DNA of 37,984 bases from Acidimicrobiales bacterium (GCA_044236415.1 JBIIGP010000001.1:1-37984), one strand, 5' to 3'; positions 26,096-35,299 are shown, numbered from the stretch's first letter. A program made the numbers and translations. Notes: generated by a model not told the origin, from the sequence alone.

Positions 26096-27067
26096 ATGCA
26101 TTTTCGACGACGCGCCATTCTCCTTCCCGTTCTCTTTGTGCTGATCGCTGGTGCTCTCGCGTGCGCGAGTTCAAGCTCGAGCTCCGAGAACGACACGCAA
26201 GCCTCAACGACGACACCAGTGAGCAGTGCCAACTTGCTCACGAGTCACCCCGCGTTTGGGACATGCCCAACCAGCGCATTCCCCGACCTCAGCGCCACAA
26301 GTGCTGGGGCCAATTACGCCGCGCCAAAAGTAACGGTTGCGTGCACCGACAGTGAAGTGACGGTCACGTCAAACAACATGATCTCCTACGAGTTCGTGGC
26401 AAAGACACCGAACGCACTCGCGCCGCAGAACTACACGTGGAAGATTCCCCTGAAACCAACCAAAGCGGCAACGCCAACAATGATCGAAAATCAGTTGGGA
26501 ACGCTTGGTTTCACCGTGACTGGCATCGCAATCTACGGTCCGACTGAGGGACCAATGCCGGAGGCGGAGGCATACGGAGATCCGGTAGGCAACGGACTCA
26601 TGGACTACTGCGGTGGACACACTGGCCCAAGTTCTGAGTACCACTACCACACGATCATTTACACCGATGCCGTCTGCAATTTCGAAACCTCACAACTCGT
26701 GGGCTTCGCGATTGATGGGTTTCCGATTTACAACTCGGTGATCTGCCTTGACGCGACCTGCTCGCAGACAACGCTCGCGAAGAGTGGCTACACCAAGACT
26801 GGAGATTCGCGGTCCTATGTCTGGAAGGCGTACTCCTTCAGCGGCGGCACCGAACCTGGAACCCTTGATGCGTGCAACGGTCGGATCGAAGCAGACGGAA
26901 CGTACGCCTACCACCTGACTCCCACACAGTTCCCGTACATCATTGGTTGTCTTGCCGGTACGGCCACAACGCAGACTGGAAATGCCGCTGCGCCGATGCC
27001 TCCGATGCAGGGCCAACAAGGTCAACAACGACCGCAGGGGCGGCCCCCGGGTCCTCCCGCACGGTGA
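26096..27067 (+). CDS. YHYH-domain secreted lipoprotein, 323 aa
   Basis: RRR plus a hydrophobic stretch and LAC lipobox; DYCGGH, EYHYH, GFAIDGFPIY, LDACNG, YAYH and FPYIIGC. Confidence 0.85.
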   Translation: MHFRRRAILLPVLFVLIAGALACASSSSSSENDTQASTTTPVSSANLLTSHPAFGTCPTSAFPDLSATSAGANYAAPKVTVACTDSEVTVTSNNMISYEFVAKTPNALAPQNYTWKIPLKPTKAATPTMIENQLGTLGFTVTGIAIYGPTEGPMPEAEAYGDPVGNGLMDYCGGHTGPSSEYHYHTIIYTDAVCNFETSQLVGFAIDGFPIYNSVICLDATCSQTTLAKSGYTKTGDSRSYVWKAYSFSGGTEPGTLDACNGRIEADGTYAYHLTPTQFPYIIGCLAGTATTQTGNAAAPMPPMQGQQGQQRPQGRPPGPPAR

Positions 27068-27079
27068 CTCGCATCAATC

Positions 27080-27119
27080 AATGAAGAAGGCCCGGGCAGT
27101 TGCCCGGGCCTTCTTCATT
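27080..27119. terminator. Probable bidirectional terminator between convergent genes
   Basis: AATGAAGAAGGCCCGGGC-AGTT-GCCCGGGCCTTCTTCATT, an 18-bp perfect inverted repeat. Confidence 0.85.
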
Positions 27120-27135
27120 TCGTTCTCGTTGTTGT

Positions 27136-28191
27136 TCAGACGGGAGTGTCTGCAAGCAACTTGCCGAGGTGCAGCAGGCTCTGCGTTGTTCCGCCGAGGA
27201 ACAGTTCCTGCTTCTTGGCCCAGAGGTAGTAACGGTGCAGCGGGTAGTCACGATCGACGCCAACACCACCGTGGAGATGGGTGCACGCACGCACGACACG
27301 AGCGCCGCCCTCTGATGCCCAGTACTTGGCTGACGCAGCGTTCTCGCCGGCGGGAAGGCCGTCGTTAAGTCGCATTGCCGCGCCCCATGCAGTGAGCTTG
27401 ATTGCGTCGGAGTCAATGCGACAGTCGGCAGCGCGCTGAGCGACGGCCTGGAACGTTGCAATCTGACGTTCGAACTGCACACGCTCCTTGACGTAGTCAG
27501 ACATGATCTCGACAGCCTTGGCGGTAACGCCCGCCATGATGAGCGACTGCGAGGTCTGGCCGTATTCGATCAGACGATCAAGCGCATCGATACCAGCAAG
27601 CTTTTCGGCAGCGGCACCGTTGAAGGTCACCTTGGCATCGGGGATGCCGTCGGTTGCGTCCTGACGCTCGACGGTCACGCCGCTCGCCTTTGCATCGACG
27701 TAATAGAGACCGTCGGCGGCTGACACGATGAAACCGTCGGCAACTGTGCCGAACGGAACATTGGTCTTGACACCGGTGAGGGTGCCACCAGCAGCGGCGA
27801 GATACGGGGTGTGCACATCGCCGACAAGTTCGTGCAACGCCACAGTGACGATGCGCTCACCCGAGGCGAGACCGGCCAAGTGAGCCGGAGCGTATTCGGC
27901 AAGGAACGGTGCAGCCATGCCCATGACCGGCATCGCCGGGACCTGAGCAACAGTGCGACCAACCTCTTCGAGAACGATTGCTACTTCAGCGAAACCGAGG
28001 CCAGCGCCACCGGCGGCTTCGGGCATGCCGATTCCGACGATGCCGAGGTCGGCAAGTTCACGCCAAAGAGGAAGGTCGATGCCGCCAGCATCTTCGATCT
28101 CTTTGAGATGCTCCATGGTGCAACGGTCGGTGAGAACGCGATTAGCGAGACCACGCAGTTCTTCTTGATCTGATGAAAATGAGAAATCCAT
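27136..28191 (-). CDS. fadE27: Acyl-CoA dehydrogenase FadE27/ChsE5-like (beta subunit)
   Basis: Short ACAD lacking the SEP motif; RVQFERQIATFQAV, HLHGGVGVD and the C-terminal LADTPV. Directly downstream of the fadE26-like gene. Confidence 0.78.
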   Translation of the reverse strand: MDFSFSSDQEELRGLANRVLTDRCTMEHLKEIEDAGGIDLPLWRELADLGIVGIGMPEAAGGAGLGFAEVAIVLEEVGRTVAQVPAMPVMGMAAPFLAEYAPAHLAGLASGERIVTVALHELVGDVHTPYLAAAGGTLTGVKTNVPFGTVADGFIVSAADGLYYVDAKASGVTVERQDATDGIPDAKVTFNGAAAEKLAGIDALDRLIEYGQTSQSLIMAGVTAKAVEIMSDYVKERVQFERQIATFQAVAQRAADCRIDSDAIKLTAWGAAMRLNDGLPAGENAASAKYWASEGGARVVRACTHLHGGVGVDRDYPLHRYYLWAKKQELFLGGTTQSLLHLGKLLADTPV

Positions 28192-28208
28192 GTATCTGTT
28201 CTTTCTGC

Positions 28209-29384
28209 TCAGCGCGCCGAGCGGGGGAAGCCAAGACCGAACATGGCGATGAGATCGCGCTGCAGTTCGTTGGTTCCGCCACCGAAGGTGAGGATGATCG
28301 TGCCGCGGATACCGGCTTCGAGTTGGCTACGAAGGATGGACTCGGGAGCGTCGGCATCAAGATACGCACGCGGTCCGAGAACCTCCATGAGGAGTTCATA
28401 GGAGTCGAGATAGAACTCGGTGCCGAACACCTTGACGCTTGATGCGTCGGCCGGGTGCAGCTTCTCGGTGCTTGCTGACCACGCAACCTTCCAGTTGGCG
28501 AGACGCAGGTACTCAAGCTTTGCGTGCACCTTGGCAAGGTTGATCTGCACCCATTCCTGATCGATGACGCGACGGCCGTCGGGAAGGAGGGTGTTCTGAG
28601 CCCACTCGCGCACGTTGGCGAGGTGACGCTCAGGCATACCGCTTGAACAAAGTGTGACGCGCTCGTGGTTGAGCTGGTTGGTGATGAGACCCCAACCGCC
28701 GTTTTCTTCGCCAACAAGGAACTTGGCCGGAACGCGAACGTCGTCGAAATACGTGGCGTTGATGTCGTGCTCGCCCATGAGGCGCAGCGGCTGAATCGTG
28801 ATGCCAGGCGTGTCCATCGGAACGATGATCACGGAAATGCCCTTGTGCTTCTTGGCATCAGGATCGGTACGCACCGCAAGCCAGCAGTAGTCAGCGCCGC
28901 CGGCGAGTGAGGTCCACATCTTCTGACCATTGATGACGTACTCGTCACCATCGCGCACCGCACGAGTTTGAAGTGCTGCGAGGTCAGTACCGGCGCCCGG
29001 CTCGGAGTAACCGATGCAGAAGTGAATGTCGCCGGCGAGGATCGGCGGAAGGAAGAATTCCTTCTGCCAATCAGTGCCGTAGTTCATGATCGTCGGGCCG
29101 ACGGTGTTGAGCGTGAGCATCGGCACCGGAGCACCTGCACGCATTGACTCGTCGAAGAACACGAACTGATCGATCGGGCCGCGAGCCTGACCGCCGTATT
29201 CCTTCGGCCAACCAATGCCGGCCCACCCGTCGGAGCACATCTGCTTCCAGACGTCCTTGGTGGCCTGACCGATGCCATGACTGTGCGAGAGAGCCTCGAC
29301 GGTCTTGTCATCAAGCAGGTTGTCGTAATAGGTCCGAAGCTCTAGACGAAGGGCTTCTTGTTCTGGTGTGTATCCGATCTCCAT
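28209..29384 (-). CDS. fadE26: Acyl-CoA dehydrogenase FadE26/ChsE4-like (alpha subunit), 391 aa
   Basis: MEIGYTPEQEALRLELR, AGAPVPMLT, IGYSEPGAGTDLA, TNQLNHERV and LTFGGGTNE resemble Rv3504. TATGTT 7 nt upstream suggests a leaderless start at 29384. Confidence 0.82.
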   Translation of the reverse strand: MEIGYTPEQEALRLELRTYYDNLLDDKTVEALSHSHGIGQATKDVWKQMCSDGWAGIGWPKEYGGQARGPIDQFVFFDESMRAGAPVPMLTLNTVGPTIMNYGTDWQKEFFLPPILAGDIHFCIGYSEPGAGTDLAALQTRAVRDGDEYVINGQKMWTSLAGGADYCWLAVRTDPDAKKHKGISVIIVPMDTPGITIQPLRLMGEHDINATYFDDVRVPAKFLVGEENGGWGLITNQLNHERVTLCSSGMPERHLANVREWAQNTLLPDGRRVIDQEWVQINLAKVHAKLEYLRLANWKVAWSASTEKLHPADASSVKVFGTEFYLDSYELLMEVLGPRAYLDADAPESILRSQLEAGIRGTIILTFGGGTNELQRDLIAMFGLGFPRSAR

Positions 29385-29478
29385 GAACCGAAACATAGCC
29401 TCAGGCGACGGGCGTCACACAAGCGGAGCGGATGATTACTTTGTGTCGCACGACAGCCTCCAAACTGGAGGAAAGAGA

Positions 29479-30063
29479 ATGGGGACACACGTGAGGATCA
29501 AGGTTGTGGGTACTGGGCCATTGGCCGCCCAACTCAGCGCTGCGCTCAGCGGGCGAGGCCATGAAGTCACGGGCTCAGCCCCCTACGAGGCCCTTGTTTT
29601 TGCCCCTTGGGACCCAGCCCTCATGATCCCCCGACCCATTGCTGAGCTCACCGATGCCGAGTTCGACCTGGCATGGCAGCAAACGATGGACGCCGCCGTG
29701 GCCGCATGCACCGAGGCCCGAACCACCTTCGCCGGCAACGGGGGCGCAATCGTCCTCACCCTTCCGACTACCGCACTTGCCGGCGGTGACCACTATGCCC
29801 ATTGGGCCGCAGCCGCCGAAGGGGTGCACATCCTCACAAAGTCGATCGCTCGCCAATGGGGTCCCGAGGGCATTGCCGTCAACGCCCTTGCAGTGTCTCC
29901 TGAATTGGTTCTCGCCGACGCAGTCATTGCCGGCCCTGTGTCCATTGCGACTCCCGCCGTTCCTGATGCTGACCCCGGTGCAGTCGTCGAGTTCCTGTGT
30001 TCAACCGATGCCCGCAACCTTGCTGGGCAACTTCTCACGGTGGATGGTGGATTGTGGATGTGA
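29479..30063 (+). CDS. Short degenerate SDR-fold protein lacking YxxxK, 194 aa
   Basis: ATG follows GGAGGA. It keeps the SDR C-terminal motifs (TKSIARQWGPEGIAVN, GQLLTVDGG) but has WAAAAE at the YxxxK position. Confidence 0.75.
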   Translation: MGTHVRIKVVGTGPLAAQLSAALSGRGHEVTGSAPYEALVFAPWDPALMIPRPIAELTDAEFDLAWQQTMDAAVAACTEARTTFAGNGGAIVLTLPTTALAGGDHYAHWAAAAEGVHILTKSIARQWGPEGIAVNALAVSPELVLADAVIAGPVSIATPAVPDADPGAVVEFLCSTDARNLAGQLLTVDGGLWM

Positions 30064-30824
30064 ATCGATCCCTCGAAGGACGCGTCGCGATTGTCACCGG
30101 CGCGGGTCAAGGCGTCGGCGAAGGAATCGCACGCAAACTCGCAGCTCTTGGTGCTCATGTCGTGATTGCAGCACGACGTGCCGAAACCGGTGATCCAGTT
30201 GCCGACGCGATTCGTTCCGATGGCGGTTCCGCAGAATGCATCGTCACTGATGTCACCACCCGCGAATCAATTGCGGCGTGTATCGATGCCACCGTTTCAA
30301 CCCATGGGCGACTCGACGTAATGGTGCACAACGCGTTCGCCGGTGGACACGCGAGTCGTCTCGAAGAAACGCCGGCCGACGCGTGGTTCCAGATGTCGCG
30401 CACTTCAGCCTGGGCGAGTTTCTGGTGCGCACAACTTTCCTACCCTCACTTGAAAGCGAGCGACCAAGGTCGACTCGTACTCGTGACCTCACCATCGGGT
30501 GTTGAGGGCAGCGCAAATATTCCTCTCTATTCCCCAGCCAAAGCCGCACAGCGCGCAATCGCGAAATCACTCGCCCGCGAATGGGGACCAGACGGCATCT
30601 GCGTGAACTGCATTGCCCCGGTTGCCGAAACTCCTGCGCTTGCCAGCGCGTTCAGCCAAGTGCCCACGCTTCGTGGGGCCATCGAAGCACGCACGCCGCT
30701 CGGGCGAATCGGCGACCCCACTGATGACATCGGAGGCGTCGTGGCATTCCTCGCCGGCCCCGACTCTGGCTACGTCAGCGGCCAGACCATCGTGTGCGAT
30801 GGCGGTTCGTTCTTGGGGCTCTGA
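30060..30824 (+). CDS. SDR oxidoreductase, 254 aa
   Basis: GTG overlaps the upstream TGA (GTGA). TGAGQGVG, HNA, YSPAK and DGG. Confidence 0.9.
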   Translation: MNRSLEGRVAIVTGAGQGVGEGIARKLAALGAHVVIAARRAETGDPVADAIRSDGGSAECIVTDVTTRESIAACIDATVSTHGRLDVMVHNAFAGGHASRLEETPADAWFQMSRTSAWASFWCAQLSYPHLKASDQGRLVLVTSPSGVEGSANIPLYSPAKAAQRAIAKSLAREWGPDGICVNCIAPVAETPALASAFSQVPTLRGAIEARTPLGRIGDPTDDIGGVVAFLAGPDSGYVSGQTIVCDGGSFLGL

Positions 30825-30846
30825 GCCAAGAACTATCGTCAGCGCC

Positions 30847-31758
30847 ATGCTTGAGATCCCCAAAGGAACACTGGTCTACGGCACACAGTTGCCGATTCAG
30901 TCACAAAGTTCGCTGTACGCCGCGAAATGGGAAGGCAGCGCAACTCCTGCCGACCTTGTGCGCATTGCGCAGGCCGCTGATCGCAGTGGCTACTTCTACG
31001 TCGCGGTCTGCGATCACATCGCGATTCCTGAAGACAAAGCTGCAGCGATGGGTCTTTGGTGGCAAGACTGCCTCACGACACTTGGCTTCCTCGCCTCCGC
31101 AACCGAAAACGTTGCACTACTCAGCCACGTCTTCGTCATCGCCTATCGCCACGCGCTCACTGCAGCGAAGAGCTTCGAAACACTCGACCACCTTTCCGGT
31201 GGACGCGCGATCGCTGGCATTGGTGCCGGTCACGTTGAAGCGGAATTCGATGCGCTCGGCGTTTCGTTTGCTGATCGTGGATCACTCACCGATTCAACAC
31301 TCGTTGATTTCGCAGAAGCTCTTTCCAACACTTACGTCGGAAACATGGGTGCACTCCCCCGCCCAGTGCAGTCGCCTCGCCCCCCGATCTGGATCGGTGG
31401 CTCCTCAAAGCCGGCAATCCGTCGCGCTGCTGCATACGAAGGCTGGCTGCCACAAGGCCCCGCCACTCGTGAAGGCCTTGATCTGCTGATCGCCACCCGC
31501 GAGAAACTCGGCAAAGCCGAAGATCCCATGGCCATTGGCCACGTGGTCATTCCCTACATCTATGTCGGCTCCCCGAAGTCTGAGCGCCGCCAGCCGTGCT
31601 ACTCGGGTTCGCCTGAACAAATCGCCGAAGCGCTTCTGGCGGAAACCCCGGCCGAGGTGAATCAACTTCAGGTGAAGTTCGATACCGACAGCGCGGCCGA
31701 ATACGCCGAGCAGGTCGAAGCCTTCGGCACACAGGTGGGCCCGCTTCTCACTCGCTGA
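30847..31758 (+). CDS. LLM-class flavin-dependent oxidoreductase, probably F420-dependent, 303 aa
   Basis: AVCDHIAIP, TLDHLSGGR, GIGAG and PRPVQSPRPPIWIGG. TATCGT lies 7 nt before the ATG. Confidence 0.85.
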   Translation: MLEIPKGTLVYGTQLPIQSQSSLYAAKWEGSATPADLVRIAQAADRSGYFYVAVCDHIAIPEDKAAAMGLWWQDCLTTLGFLASATENVALLSHVFVIAYRHALTAAKSFETLDHLSGGRAIAGIGAGHVEAEFDALGVSFADRGSLTDSTLVDFAEALSNTYVGNMGALPRPVQSPRPPIWIGGSSKPAIRRAAAYEGWLPQGPATREGLDLLIATREKLGKAEDPMAIGHVVIPYIYVGSPKSERRQPCYSGSPEQIAEALLAETPAEVNQLQVKFDTDSAAEYAEQVEAFGTQVGPLLTR

Positions 31759-31801
31759 ACCGGCAGTAACGTGGTCTCCTCACAGATTCCGAGGGGGAAA
31801 C

Positions 31802-32605
31802 GTGGCAGTTTCAGAGAAGGACTACCCGGTCAAGGTCGGGACATTCCTATTCACGATGGTCGAGCCTCATGAAGGCTACGAAGTCGCGTACAACCGCTGG
31901 TACGAGCATGACCACTTCTATTCGGGATGCCTCATGGGCCCCAACGTGTTCGCCGGAGACCGCTTTGTTGCCACGCGCCGGCTGAAGAAGCTGCGCTCGA
32001 AAGCCACCAACGACATGACCCCGGACCCAAAGACGGGTTCCTACCTTGCGGTCTACTGGTGGCAGAAGGGCACGACCGAAGAATGCAACCGCTGGAACGT
32101 CGACAACGTCAACATGTTGCATCAGCAAGGACGCATGTTCGCCGAGCGCGACCACATCCACACGCTTCTCTACGACATGCGCTGGAGCGAACAACGCGAC
32201 CCCAAGGGCTGCACGATTGAACTCGGCCTCGATCACGGCTATCCCGGCATCGTTGTTGTCACCGGCGATCTCAACGAAGGCGTGACCCACGACGAATGGG
32301 ATGCCTGGTTCCGCAAGAACTGGCTCCAGGAAGCCTTCACCAAGAAGTGGGGCCCTGATCTTGTTGGAAGTGGCACCGTCATTCCGCTTTCTGACGATGC
32401 ACCCGCCGACGTCGTGCGTCCTGCCGCCGGACCACGCCGGTTCTTGCAGCTTCACTTCCTTGACCATGACGCTGAAAAGGGTTGGGAAAAGGGCTACGCG
32501 AAAATCGCGAAGGCAATCAACGAAAGTGGACTCGCCACCCATGTGTGGACGAGCCCGTTCCAACAGACCAACTTTGGTACCGACGACTTCACGGACAAGA
32601 TCTAA
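31802..32605 (+). CDS. Hypothetical protein, possibly two EthD-like alpha/beta-barrel domains
   Basis: GTG follows GGGGGA. AYNRWYEHDH and EWDAWFRKNW suggest an internal duplication. Confidence 0.65.
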   Translation: MAVSEKDYPVKVGTFLFTMVEPHEGYEVAYNRWYEHDHFYSGCLMGPNVFAGDRFVATRRLKKLRSKATNDMTPDPKTGSYLAVYWWQKGTTEECNRWNVDNVNMLHQQGRMFAERDHIHTLLYDMRWSEQRDPKGCTIELGLDHGYPGIVVVTGDLNEGVTHDEWDAWFRKNWLQEAFTKKWGPDLVGSGTVIPLSDDAPADVVRPAAGPRRFLQLHFLDHDAEKGWEKGYAKIAKAINESGLATHVWTSPFQQTNFGTDDFTDKI

Positions 32606-33532
32606 ATGACACCTGCACCGCTCACTGGAGCAAAGATTCTGCTGACCGGCGTTACCGGACAGGTTGCCGGGCCCCTCGCCCGCAATCTCGTCGCTGCTGG
32701 CAACACCGTGTACGGCACCTCAAGATTCGCTGACGCCGACACCAGAGCAAAGGTTGAGGCCGATGGCGTCATTCCCGTTGCGATCGATCTCGAAACCGGT
32801 TCGTTCGATGAGATTCCCGATGGGCTCGATTACGTCATCAATATGGCGGTTGCGAAGTCGAACAACTTCGATCGCGACCTCGCAGCCAATGCAGAAGGTG
32901 TTGCTCTTCTGATGGAACGAGTGAAGGGCGTCAAGGCGTTCTTCCATTGCTCTTCCTGTGCCGTGTATGAACCAAATGGCCATGTGAGCCATGTCGAAAC
33001 TGATGACCTCGGCGACAACCACCGAGCGATGGGGTTCATGACGACCTACTCAATCTCGAAGATCGCTGCGGAATCTGCAGTCAAGTACGCATCGAAGCGC
33101 TTCGGCGTTCCCGCCGTTATCGCTCGTCTTGATGTCCCCTACGGCCCCGGACATGGTTGGCCACAGATGATGGTCACGCTTGCGCAAATGGGCATACCCA
33201 CCACCATCAGTGCCGATGCACCGAACACGCATTGTTTCCTGCATGATCGCGATATTTTCGGCTCACTTCCTTACTTGCTCGAACAGGCCGACGTTCCTCC
33301 ACCCATTTACAACTGGTGTGCGCCGGAACTTGTGAGCATCGAGGACTGGACTGCCGAACTCACCAACCTCACAGGCGTTGAGATTCCGCTAGTCGTAAGC
33401 GAACAGTGCATTCCGCCGAACCCTGTTGATCCATCGAAGCTTCTTGGACTTGGCTGGACGCCCACTGTTGAATGGCGTGAGGGTTTTCGCGAGATGGCCC
33501 AGAATTGCTTCCCCGATTTGTTTAAGGGCTGA
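32606..33532 (+). CDS. NAD-dependent epimerase/dehydratase family protein (extended SDR)
   Basis: TGVTGQVA, SSCAVY, YSISK and RLDVPYGP. Confidence 0.85.
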   Translation: MTPAPLTGAKILLTGVTGQVAGPLARNLVAAGNTVYGTSRFADADTRAKVEADGVIPVAIDLETGSFDEIPDGLDYVINMAVAKSNNFDRDLAANAEGVALLMERVKGVKAFFHCSSCAVYEPNGHVSHVETDDLGDNHRAMGFMTTYSISKIAAESAVKYASKRFGVPAVIARLDVPYGPGHGWPQMMVTLAQMGIPTTISADAPNTHCFLHDRDIFGSLPYLLEQADVPPPIYNWCAPELVSIEDWTAELTNLTGVEIPLVVSEQCIPPNPVDPSKLLGLGWTPTVEWREGFREMAQNCFPDLFKG

Positions 33533-33534
33533 AC

Positions 33535-34461
33535 ATGCTGAGTGACGAGAAGATCCTGATCACCGGTCCTGCCGGCCAGATCGCATTCCCCATGGCTCGC
33601 GATCTCGCCAAGGACAACGAGGTGTGGGGCATTGCTCGCTTCGGCGATCCCGCCACGCGCAAGCAGGTCGAAGACGTTGGCGTAAAAACGCTTTCCATCG
33701 ATCTTGCTGATCCCGACTTCAGCGAACTGCCAACCGACTTCACCTACGTTCTGCACCTTGCAGTTGTGCAGGTTGCGGGTCTCGATTACGACTTCGCTAT
33801 TCGAGCCAATGCCGAAGGCACTGGACTTCTGCTTCATCACTGCCGTAACGCGAAGGCTGCACTTGTGATGTCGACCCACTCTGTCTACAAGCCGCCCGTC
33901 GACGGCGACCCATGGCATGTCTTCAAGGAGACCGACGCATTGGGCGATGTCAATGCCGCCCACGCGCCGAGTTACTCCATGTCGAAGATTTCCCAGGAAG
34001 CAGTTGCTCGCACCTGTGCCCGACTGTTTGATCTTCCCGTCACTATCGCTCGCATGAACGCGTCGTACGGCCCCGACGGCACCGGCGGACTTCCCATCAT
34101 GCAGATGGACGCTCTTCTGGCCGGCAACGCCGTGACCACTCGCTGGGATCCGTGCATGTACATGCCGATCCACACCGACGACATCACCGCACAGACAGAA
34201 GCACTGCTCGACGGCGCGTCGGCAACTGAAGCGACCATCGTGAACTGGGCTGGCGACGAGCCTGCAAGCGTTCAGGAATGGTGCGCGTACATCGGCGAAC
34301 TCGCAGGAATCGACCCCGTTGTGAATTCCGTTCCTGTTGAAGGGACACTCCGGGGCTCGGTCACCGACAACACCAAGCGCGCGGCCCTCACCGGACCATG
34401 CAAGGTCAGCTGGCGTGACGGCATCCGCGATGCCTTCGAAAAGCGTCACGGAAACAAGTAG
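33535..34461 (+). CDS. NAD-dependent epimerase/dehydratase family protein (tandem paralog)
   Basis: TGPAGQIA, STHSVY, YSMSK and RMNASYGP. Confidence 0.85.
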   Translation: MLSDEKILITGPAGQIAFPMARDLAKDNEVWGIARFGDPATRKQVEDVGVKTLSIDLADPDFSELPTDFTYVLHLAVVQVAGLDYDFAIRANAEGTGLLLHHCRNAKAALVMSTHSVYKPPVDGDPWHVFKETDALGDVNAAHAPSYSMSKISQEAVARTCARLFDLPVTIARMNASYGPDGTGGLPIMQMDALLAGNAVTTRWDPCMYMPIHTDDITAQTEALLDGASATEATIVNWAGDEPASVQEWCAYIGELAGIDPVVNSVPVEGTLRGSVTDNTKRAALTGPCKVSWRDGIRDAFEKRHGNK

Positions 34462-35253
34462 ATGAGCGACCTCAGCGGCAAGAACATCGTCATTACCGGA
34501 GCTTCTTCGGGAATTGGCGAAGCGCTTGCAATCGAAGCTGCCAACCGGGGCGCCCGGGTTGCGATCGTTGCTCGGCGCGCCGAACGTTTGGCCGATGTGC
34601 TTGAACGCTGCCAAACCGCTTCTCCAGATTCGACAATGGTTGTCGCCGATCTTGCTGATCTCGATGCCATCGATGGGCTTGCTTCGCAACTCATTGCGTC
34701 ACTCGACGGTCGCGTCGATGTCCTGATCAATAACGCCGGCGTCCCCAAGCGCAAGCGCACTGATCAGATGACATCTGAGGATATTGAAGGCGTTATGTCC
34801 ATCAACTACTTCTCGCCGGTTCGCCTCACACTGGCCATGCTTCCCCACATGCTCGAACGCAATAGCGGCGACATAGTCAACGTGTCGTCGATGGGCGTAC
34901 ACATGGCGGCATTTGGTGTGAGTGCATACTCAGCCAGTAAGGCGGCTCTCGAGTTCTTCACCGAGGGCCTGTACGTCGAACTCGGTAAGACCAATGTGCG
35001 TGCCCACTTGTTTGTTCCCGGCACAACCGCCAGTGAGTTTTCTACTGACAAGCCCGGCAACAACGCCCCGTTCCCGAGTGATCCAGCAACAACGGCAACC
35101 TCTGAAGAAGTTGCCGTCTCTCTTCTGGCTTCGCTCGATACCGAGACGTTCGTGACGTACACCGGCGAGCGAGAAGCGCAGACTTCGGCAAAACGTAATG
35201 CCGATGTGAACGCGTGGCTGGCGAACATGCGCCAAGTCTTTACTGGAATGTAA
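34462..35253 (+). CDS. SDR oxidoreductase
   Basis: TGASSGIG, ARR, NNAG and YSASK. Confidence 0.9.
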   Translation: MSDLSGKNIVITGASSGIGEALAIEAANRGARVAIVARRAERLADVLERCQTASPDSTMVVADLADLDAIDGLASQLIASLDGRVDVLINNAGVPKRKRTDQMTSEDIEGVMSINYFSPVRLTLAMLPHMLERNSGDIVNVSSMGVHMAAFGVSAYSASKAALEFFTEGLYVELGKTNVRAHLFVPGTTASEFSTDKPGNNAPFPSDPATTATSEEVAVSLLASLDTETFVTYTGEREAQTSAKRNADVNAWLANMRQVFTGM

Positions 35254-35260
35254 GAACATC

Positions 35261-35295
35261 TCGGTTGCCGAACGCGTCGCGCGTCCGACAACCGA
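35261..35295 (-). terminator. Hairpin / probable terminator for the minus-strand operon
   Basis: Minus strand reads TCGGTTGTCGGACGCG-CGA-CGCGTTCGGCAACCGA. It pairs fully only on this strand (two G-U pairs) and is followed by GATGTTCTT. Confidence 0.6.
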
Positions 35296-35299
35296 CAGT

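Noticed and set aside
33307-34689. 460-aa minus-strand ORF
   Set aside because: It is the antisense shadow of the epimerase and SDR genes.
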